Shown in pieces: positions 7,360 to 13,617 of a DNA stretch of 46,646 nucleotides; positions within the stretch are counted from its first letter, which is position 1, and every line of letters begins with the position of its first letter. Both the position numbers and the translations under genes were made by a program. Source of the stretch: a virus; IMG/VR virus record IMGVR_UViG_3300017446_000004, positions 1 to 46,646 of that record. The stretch is one strand, 5' to 3'. Under the pieces are notes generated by a model. It made no database searches. It had not been told where the DNA came from and saw nothing but the letters and a program-made list of their open reading frames with translations.

Positions 7360-7629
7360 TTACCAAGGCGTACCCGGATAGACCCGATCCTTGTAATATT
7401 CGCGACCGTAGCGCTGTTGCCAGTACGCGGCGCGGATCAGCGCTTTCTTGCGTTCGTAATACGCGGCGGCACGCTCGACCGGACCCCAATCGTTATTGAG
7501 CGCCCTCTCCGGCCGCGTGAACATGTGGCAAATCTTGGCGGCTGCGGTACGGCAAAGCCGATCCTCGATCTTGAGCATGTCAACGCTGTTGAGGTTACGA
7601 ACTGCGCGCTTCTGTTGGACGAGGGCCAT
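7360..7629 (-). CDS. 89-aa hypothetical protein, first gene of the minus-strand cassette
   Basis: SD aggag precedes the internal ATG (MALVQQKRAV...) of track ORF 7360..7713. Confidence 0.65.
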   Translation of the reverse strand: MALVQQKRAVRNLNSVDMLKIEDRLCRTAAAKICHMFTRPERALNNDWGPVERAAAYYERKKALIRAAYWQQRYGREYYKDRVYPGTPW

Positions 7630-7691
7630 TGTGTTTGCTCCTGTATGAGCGCCTCCGCGCCCTGCGATTCGTGCAATATCACATAGCGCGG

Positions 7692-7715
7692 GCATTGCAA
7701 GCGAATTGCGCAAGG
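7692..7715. promoter_or_regulatory. Candidate operator pair in the divergent control region: GCATTGCAA + ATTGCGCAAG
   Basis: The palindromic cores TTGCAA and TTGCGCAA are 5 nt apart. The same 9-mer and 10-mer recur at 33786-33803 in the other divergent intergenic region. Confidence 0.5.
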
Positions 7716-7769
7716 GGTGGCCCCGCGTTCAGGCTTACGCGCGCGATAGGGCGTCGGTAAATTCTGCGC

Positions 7770-8759
7770 ATGGAACATGATGTCGAAATCGAAGTTTTCC
7801 GCGCCGACACTCGGGCGAGCCGTGGGATCACCGCCGAGCATATCGCCGAGGTTGCGGCGTTCGATTGCGACGCGCACCCGATCCCCAACGTTCTCGGGCA
7901 CCCGGCCGGCGACAAGCCCGCCCACGGCCAAGTGAAGAAATTCCGCGCCGAGGGCTCCACCCTGTTCGCCACCGTGCCCGCCACGGCCGTCAAAATCTGG
8001 GAAGGCATCAAAAAGGGCGAGATCCTCAATCGATCGATGGCGTTTTTCGACCCCAGCCACGAAGCGAACCCGACGCCGGGCAAGTGGGCCCCGCGTCACC
8101 TCGGTTGGCTTGGCGCTTCTGCCCCAGGCATCCCCGGCATGACGCCGCTTTCCCAAGTCGCGAAGGGCCTGGCCTTTTCCGCAGACGGTGAAACGGTGGA
8201 CGTGCTAGGACCGCCTGCCGATGCGGTGGTTTACGCCCCGCCCGCAACAACCGTTTTCACCGTCCACGACGACCCCAAGGAGCCTACCCCAATGGAACGC
8301 ACCCCCGAGCAGATCGCAGCCGACGAACAGCGCGCCCGCGAGTTCACCGCACGCGAGGACGCGATCGCCGCGCGCGAGGAAGCCGCAGCCAAGCGCATCC
8401 GCAGCCAGTTCGAGGCGAGCAACAGCGCCGCGATCGACGGGCTCGTTCGCGAGGGCAAGATCCTGCCCGCCGAGGTCGCCGACCTCAAGACCGCGTTCAA
8501 CGCGCTCGACCCGGAAGCCGAGGAACTGACCTTCGGCGCTGGCGACAAGGCCGTCACCTCGACCGCGGCGTCGCGCATCCTCACGTTCATGGCGTCGGCC
8601 CTGTCCAAGCGCGTACCGCTCGGCGAGCGCGATTCCCCAGCCGGCGAGCCGGGCGAGCGCGAGTTCGCCAGCCCCGCCGAGTTCCGCGCCGCTGCGCACG
8701 CGATGGCCAAGGATGAGGGCATCACGTTCGAGGCCGCAACCGAGAAACTGGCGGGCTGA
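7770..8759 (+). CDS. Capsid maturation protease / scaffolding protein (P2 gpO / Mu gpI-like)
   Basis: The N-terminus (GITAEHIAEVAAFDCD...VLGHP...HGQVKKFRAEGSTLFATV...NRSMAFFDP...HLGWLGASAPGIPGM) resembles the gpO-type serine peptidase. The C-terminal half is Ala/Glu-rich coiled coil. It lies upstream of the decoration and capsid genes. Confidence 0.7.
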   Translation: MEHDVEIEVFRADTRASRGITAEHIAEVAAFDCDAHPIPNVLGHPAGDKPAHGQVKKFRAEGSTLFATVPATAVKIWEGIKKGEILNRSMAFFDPSHEANPTPGKWAPRHLGWLGASAPGIPGMTPLSQVAKGLAFSADGETVDVLGPPADAVVYAPPATTVFTVHDDPKEPTPMERTPEQIAADEQRAREFTAREDAIAAREEAAAKRIRSQFEASNSAAIDGLVREGKILPAEVADLKTAFNALDPEAEELTFGAGDKAVTSTAASRILTFMASALSKRVPLGERDSPAGEPGEREFASPAEFRAAAHAMAKDEGITFEAATEKLAG

Positions 8760-8818
8760 TCCGCAACGGGGTTCCCTGACGGGGGCCCCTCCACTTTCAA
8801 GCTAAGGGAGCCCCTGTC

Positions 8819-9187
8819 ATGGGTCGCACTACCAACGGACTGATCAAGAGCCGCAACGCCGTCGCTGCCATCGCAGGAATGCGGCTGATCACCGAGGGCG
8901 CAGTCGATGGCGCTTGCGCGCTGGCGGTTGACGCAACGAAGAACATCATCGGCGTTTCGTCCGAACTGGACACGATCGCAGGCGAACGCGTCAGCGTGAT
9001 CATGGTCGGCAACATTTGCCCGGTCGTCTATGGCGGAACCGTCACTCGCGGCGACGCGCTCACCGCCGACGCTCAGGGCCGCGCGATCACCACCACCACG
9101 ACCGGCGCGCGCATCGGCGGCACGGCTGAAATCTCGGGCGTGCTCGGCGATATCGGCTCGATCGTCGTCAATCCCGGCATCCTCTAA
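8819..9187 (+). CDS. DUF2190-family head decoration-like protein
   Basis: 122 aa with a GDALTADAQGRA...GGTAEISGVLGDIGSIVVN pattern. SD gggag. It sits immediately before the capsid gene, as is usual for this family. Confidence 0.7.
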   Translation: MGRTTNGLIKSRNAVAAIAGMRLITEGAVDGACALAVDATKNIIGVSSELDTIAGERVSVIMVGNICPVVYGGTVTRGDALTADAQGRAITTTTTGARIGGTAEISGVLGDIGSIVVNPGIL

Positions 9188-9223
9188 ACCCCGCACCCCT
9201 CAACTTTATAAGGACCTGACACG

Positions 9224-10219
9224 ATGGCCCGCGCCAATTTCCCACTGATCTCCGTGCCGCTCTCGGGCGTCGTGATCGACTATGCCGGCATCAACCGCGA
9301 CACGCGCGGCTACATCGCCGACCGCGTTGCACCCGTCAAAAAGGTGACTTCGCAGCTTTTCCGTTGGTATTCGTCGCGCATCAACGAGGCATTCACCCTC
9401 TATGATACGCAGATCGACCGCCTCGGGCAGGCAAACGAAATGCTGCACAACTGGGACCTGCAGACGGACGTGACCAAGGATTACGCGATCCGCGAGCCGG
9501 TCGCGTATGCCGACGAAAAGGAAGCGAACGCCCAGGGCATTCCGTTCTCGTTGCGCGCTGCGGCCGCAAAGAACGTGGTCGATCAGATCCAGCTCAACCG
9601 CGAACTGCGCGTCGCCACCCTGACCAACTCGGCGTCGTCGTACCTCGCGGCCTATGTCGTGGACAAGACGGCCGCCAAGTGGTCGGATTTCGCGAACAGC
9701 GACCCGGTTGCCGACGTTCGCGACGCGCAGTCGAAGATGCTCGTTCGTCCAAACGTGGGCGTTTGCTCGCGCCGGGTGGCGGACATTCTCGAGCGGCATC
9801 CGAAGATCGCCGCGGCGCTCGGCGGTTCGCTGCAGAGCGGTCAGTATAACGACATGGCGCGCGTCGCTCGGCTGTTCAATCTGCGCGAGATCATCGTCGG
9901 TGACACGCTTTACCAGACCAGCAAGCCGGGGCAGACGCTCGCAACCGGCAACATCTGGGCCGACAATTTCGCCATGCACTTCCAGGGCGCGACCACGGCG
10001 GACACGACCGTTTCGGCGAACAACAACAACAGCCGGTCGCCCGACTTCCTGACCACGTTCCAGTGGGGCGATTGGGTATCGTCGGAAAAGGAGTTCCTGC
10101 CCGGCGACATGGGCCTCCTGGGCGGGATCAAGGTCCTCGCCGGGCAGAGCGTCCTCGAGCGGCAGGTCGCACCCTATGCGGGCTTCCTGTTCCAGAACGT
10201 CACCAACCCCGCCGCGTAA
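9224..10219 (+). CDS. Major capsid protein
   Basis: 331 aa with SD aagga, in the scaffold-decoration-capsid order. The sequence style (YADEKEANAQGIPFSL...QIQLNRELRVATL) is typical of capsid proteins paired with DUF2190. Confidence 0.8.
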   Translation: MARANFPLISVPLSGVVIDYAGINRDTRGYIADRVAPVKKVTSQLFRWYSSRINEAFTLYDTQIDRLGQANEMLHNWDLQTDVTKDYAIREPVAYADEKEANAQGIPFSLRAAAAKNVVDQIQLNRELRVATLTNSASSYLAAYVVDKTAAKWSDFANSDPVADVRDAQSKMLVRPNVGVCSRRVADILERHPKIAAALGGSLQSGQYNDMARVARLFNLREIIVGDTLYQTSKPGQTLATGNIWADNFAMHFQGATTADTTVSANNNNSRSPDFLTTFQWGDWVSSEKEFLPGDMGLLGGIKVLAGQSVLERQVAPYAGFLFQNVTNPAA

Positions 10220-10282
10220 CGCGGGTTCTACCGGAGCGGGGGCTATGTCCCCGCCGAGGATAGGACCAAGGAGCAAGACGAC

Positions 10283-10786
10283 ATGAAACGGCCCCCGCTT
10301 TTCTCGCAGTTCGACGGCGAAGACATCAACGGCACGCGCTACGGCCTCGGCGACGAGATCGACGCGGACACTCCCGGCGCGATCCTGACGATCCTTGAGG
10401 ATCAGGGCCGCATTGCCAGCTACAAGCCGACCATGCTGGCCGTGCCGCTTGCCGGCACCGAAAAGGCCGTCAAGGATATGTCGCGCGCCGAACTGGAAAG
10501 CGCAGCGCTTCACGCAATGGCCGCACGGATCAAGGATGCCGACGACGACAAGTTGCGTTCCACCATTCACGACGCGCGCGGCACCGTCGAAGACGAAGAC
10601 GACGACGACGACGACGGCGACGAGCGCACGCCTTATGACGACCTCAAGGATAAGCCGCTCGGCACCATGAAGACCGAGGATCTGACGATCGTCGCCGAGA
10701 ACGAGGGCGTTTCGCTCGCCGACGCGAAGACCAACCAGGATCGCGCCAAGGCGATCGAGGACGCGCGCAAGGCCAAAACCGCTTAA
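10283..10786 (+). CDS. 167-aa acidic protein with a C-terminal HeH/Rho-N-like motif
   Basis: SD aaggag. Acidic run EDEDDDDDDGDE. LGTMKTEDLTIVAENEGVSLADAKTNQDRAKAIEDA resembles a helix-extension-helix motif. Confidence 0.7.
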   Translation: MKRPPLFSQFDGEDINGTRYGLGDEIDADTPGAILTILEDQGRIASYKPTMLAVPLAGTEKAVKDMSRAELESAALHAMAARIKDADDDKLRSTIHDARGTVEDEDDDDDDGDERTPYDDLKDKPLGTMKTEDLTIVAENEGVSLADAKTNQDRAKAIEDARKAKTA

Positions 10787-10810
10787 CTTCGGCGGCAATC
10801 GAAGCGATTA

Positions 10811-10848
10811 GAGGGGGTCGGCCGTTATATGGTCGGCCCCCTCTTTTT
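10811..10848 (+). terminator. Rho-independent terminator after the capsid operon
   Basis: 13-bp stem (two G-U pairs) gagggggtcggcc / ggtcggccccctc with a 7-nt loop, followed by ttttt. Confidence 0.75.
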
Positions 10849-10865
10849 GCTTCTAGGACAATGCC

Positions 10866-11306
10866 ATGAACCGCACGCTTACCATCGCCGCCGCCGCGCT
10901 CGCTTGCATGGCGATGCCTGTCGCGGCGCAGACCGTCACGATACAAGCCCCCACGACCGTTGACCCGCTCGGGCGTCCGGTCGGCATCGGTAAGACGTTC
11001 ATTTACCGCGCCGATGGTTCGATCGTTGACCCGTCAAGCGTGACCGCTGCCGCATCGATCGCAACGGGACAGATCAGCACCGGCACCACCGCCACGCTGA
11101 TCGTTGCCACGCGCGCGGCGCGAAAGCGCGTGATCCTCACGGTCGGCGCGGCCAATAGCTGCGCGTTCGGCCCGGCTGGCGTCACCCTGACCACGGGGTT
11201 CCCATTGCAGCCCGCCGCGGGCGCGACCCTGACGGTCGATAGCGCCGCCGCCCTCTATGCCGTATGTTCGGCGACGACCACGATTAGCTACATGGAGCAC
11301 TTTTGA
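10866..11306 (+). CDS. 146-aa exported protein
   Basis: Signal peptide MNRTLTIAAAALACMAMPVAA/QT. The mature part is Thr/Ala-rich and beta-like. Confidence 0.7.
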   Translation: MNRTLTIAAAALACMAMPVAAQTVTIQAPTTVDPLGRPVGIGKTFIYRADGSIVDPSSVTAAASIATGQISTGTTATLIVATRAARKRVILTVGAANSCAFGPAGVTLTTGFPLQPAAGATLTVDSAAALYAVCSATTTISYMEHF

Positions 11307-11307
11307 C

Positions 11308-11817
11308 ATGCGCCAAGCCCTCGCCGTCCTCGCGCTGCTCACCGCAGCCCCCGCCGCCGCCCAGGTCAGCTACCCCGTGGGCCCGCCGCCCGATATGTCG
11401 ATCTATGCCAAGGCGAGCGACATTCCCCAGCCTGCCACATCGCTCCCGCCTATGGAGGTGGTCGCGGGCGCGGTCGGGTCGCCGGGCACGTATCGGCCCG
11501 CCAATGCGATCGCGCCTCGCATCACGCGCGCCACAACGGTGACGTTGATCTCGGGCGGGACATTCTCGGGCACGTGGTCAACCCCCCTGCCCGCCCCGCC
11601 GATCCTCGTTCTCACGCCAATTGCAACGGGATCGGCCGCGGTAACGTGCGAACTGACATCGGCCCCGACCGTCTCGAACTTTGCGGGTCGTTGCTGGTCG
11701 TCGCAAAACACCTCGATCACGACCGCCGCGCTCACGCTCGGGCTGACCGTGCTGCCCAACATCGCCAGCCCGGCCGGGACTCAGGTGCAGGTGCTCGCGG
11801 TCCCGCCGACGCAATAG
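11308..11817 (+). CDS. 169-aa exported protein
   Basis: The internal ATG of track ORF 11257..11817 gives signal peptide MRQALAVLALLTAAPAAA/QV. It starts 2 nt after the previous stop. Confidence 0.65.
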   Translation: MRQALAVLALLTAAPAAAQVSYPVGPPPDMSIYAKASDIPQPATSLPPMEVVAGAVGSPGTYRPANAIAPRITRATTVTLISGGTFSGTWSTPLPAPPILVLTPIATGSAAVTCELTSAPTVSNFAGRCWSSQNTSITTAALTLGLTVLPNIASPAGTQVQVLAVPPTQ

Positions 11818-11849
11818 CCCCGCCGCCCCCACCGTGATAGGAAGCCCCT

Positions 11850-12356
11850 ATGGCCTATCTGACAACCGACGAATACGTCACCCGCTTTGGGGCTCGGGAA
11901 ACCGGGCTCCTGACCAATACCGACGCGGCGCAGGGGGCGGGGCAGGCGTCCTATGACGCCGCCAAGGTCGAGACGGCGCTACAGGATGCGACAGACGAGA
12001 TCGAGGGCTATGTCTCGCGCCGCTATGCCGTCCCCCTCGAATCGCCGCCCACGATCGTCAAGGGATGGGTCGCGGCGATCGCGCGCCTCAAGCTCGCCGA
12101 GGCAACGGGACGCGTGGCCGACGCGATCCAGGCGGCAGCGGATCGCGTTACCCGCCAGCTTGAGCAACTCGCCGCGTCCAAGCTCGACTTGCCGATCGAG
12201 CCGGGACAGCCCGCCTTGCCCGAGAACGACGCGGGCTCGCCGATGACCTCGAACGATCGCGATTGCCCGACGTTCACCCGCTGCGCGATGGACGATTTCA
12301 CCTCGCCGTTCACAATGGGCGGATGCGATAGCGTGCCGAACTGGCGGCGTGGCTGA
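11850..12356 (+). CDS. Head-tail adaptor, DUF1320 / Mu gp36-like
   Basis: MAYLTTDEYVTRFG...ALQDATDEIEGYVSRRYAVPL matches the DUF1320 N-terminal pattern. SD aggaag. Confidence 0.75.
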   Translation: MAYLTTDEYVTRFGARETGLLTNTDAAQGAGQASYDAAKVETALQDATDEIEGYVSRRYAVPLESPPTIVKGWVAAIARLKLAEATGRVADAIQAAADRVTRQLEQLAASKLDLPIEPGQPALPENDAGSPMTSNDRDCPTFTRCAMDDFTSPFTMGGCDSVPNWRRG

Positions 12357-12940
12357 TGGCCCGCGGCGGGTTTTCCACGACGATCGAATATGAAGGCGGC
12401 GGGCTAAATGAAGCCCTGGCCGGGCTGCGCAACTTTCGCCGCCTGGGGAACGATCTCACGCCGTTCATGGAAGACGCCGCGGCGATCCTGCTCTCGTCAA
12501 CCTTGCTGCGGTTCAACTCGGGCCGCGGCCCCAACGATATCCCGTGGGCACCGACCAAGCGCCAGAATACCAGCGCGGTCGGCAAGCGCGGCCCGAACAA
12601 AGCCGGCATTCTGGTCGATACGGGCGATCTGCGCGCCTCGATCCGCGCCGAGACGACGAACAATAGCGTTGAGGTCGGTTCGGACGGCCTGACCGATCCG
12701 GTCAAGGCGATCGCAAACCAATTCGGCTCGCATCGGCAGGCCGTCGTGCTGCGGCACAAGCGCACGATCACGATGGCTTTTGGCGCGCCTCTCGCCGAGC
12801 CTGTTACCGTGGAGGTCCGCCCGCATGGTCGGATCACGAACCTCCCGGCACGCCCCTTTATCGGGATCGACGCGCGCGACGAGACGAATATCAAAGAGGC
12901 TTGGCAGGCCCGCATCATTCGCACCTTTGAGAGCGCCTAG
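12356..12940 (+). CDS. Virion morphogenesis protein, Mu gpG / P2 gpS-like
   Basis: ILVDTGDLRASI...VEVGSD...LPARPFIGI are hallmark stretches of this family. TGATG junction with the upstream gene. Confidence 0.75.
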   Translation: MARGGFSTTIEYEGGGLNEALAGLRNFRRLGNDLTPFMEDAAAILLSSTLLRFNSGRGPNDIPWAPTKRQNTSAVGKRGPNKAGILVDTGDLRASIRAETTNNSVEVGSDGLTDPVKAIANQFGSHRQAVVLRHKRTITMAFGAPLAEPVTVEVRPHGRITNLPARPFIGIDARDETNIKEAWQARIIRTFESA

Positions 12941-12993
12941 CGGAGCGGGGCCACGCGCGCTATGAGGGCGTGGACAACAGCGGAGCCCGCCCC

Positions 12994-13239
12994 ATGTGCA
13001 TCAAGTTTCTGACCCCCACTCGACACGGCGCGGTAACGTTCCCGCCGAACACCCCCTTAGCGTTCGAGAACCCGCTCGCCGAGCCGTATTTTAAGGGCGC
13101 AGGCTTTGCCGAGGACTGCTCGGACGAACCCGTCATGACCTACGCGGACGCCGAGGTCGTGATCGATCCGGCCACCGTGTTCGGCACGGGCCCGAATGTC
13201 GGCCAACTGGTCGTTGCTGACCTTGTGCAGGAGGGTTGA
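12994..13239 (+). CDS. 81-aa hypothetical protein
   Basis: SD ggag lies 8 nt before the ATG at 12994, inside track ORF 12970..13239. Confidence 0.6.
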   Translation: MCIKFLTPTRHGAVTFPPNTPLAFENPLAEPYFKGAGFAEDCSDEPVMTYADAEVVIDPATVFGTGPNVGQLVVADLVQEG

Positions 13240-13242
13240 TCA

Positions 13243-13617
13243 ATGGCCAAATACATGAACCCGAACGTCATCGATCTGGCGCTCAACGACATCAAGACCA
13301 ACGCCAACAAGCTTGTGGTCTGCGCGCAACAGCCGACGACGTTTGCCGAGGCGAACGTCACCTATGCGTTGGGCTCGGTCGCGATGACGAGCGCCGACTA
13401 TACGCTCGCTAACGGCGACGTTTCCGGCCGCAAGGTGACGGTTGCCGCGAAGGCCGCGGTTCCCGTCACGGTCAGTGGCACCGCCACGCACGTCGCGCTG
13501 ATCGATACCGTCAATTCGGTCTTGAAGCTGGTCACGACGACGACCTCCACGGCGGTCGCGGCAGCCGGAACCGTTGACGTGGGCTCGTTCAAAGACGAGA
13601 TCCAGGCCCCCGCCTGA
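13243..13617 (+). CDS. 124-aa hypothetical virion-module protein
   Basis: SD gaggg, high GC3, located in the connector/tail block. Confidence 0.7.
   Translation: MAKYMNPNVIDLALNDIKTNANKLVVCAQQPTTFAEANVTYALGSVAMTSADYTLANGDVSGRKVTVAAKAAVPVTVSGTATHVALIDTVNSVLKLVTTTTSTAVAAAGTVDVGSFKDEIQAPA

Noticed and set aside
7630-7769. Alphaproteobacterial LexA (GTTC-N7-GTTC) or CtrA (TTAA-N7-TTAA) boxes in the control regions
   Set aside because: Neither consensus is present in 7630-7769 or 33738-33823. The repeated words there are TTGCAA/TTGCGCAA-type instead.
9206-10798. 530-aa minus-strand ORF, with similar long antisense ORFs at 8231..9196, 18561..19979, 17250..18239, 22393..23379, 34665..35855, 15342..16169, 21448..22200, 26030..26785, 41454..42164, 44355..45158, 45935..46633 and 4131..4922
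   Set aside because: Each lies antisense to a gene with a recognisable family motif or strong synteny (capsid, scaffold, tape measure, fibre, terminase, portal, hydrolase). Their translations are Arg/Gly/Pro/Ala-rich low-complexity strings, typical of stop-poor non-coding frames in roughly 65% G+C DNA. They have no SD or coupling signals.
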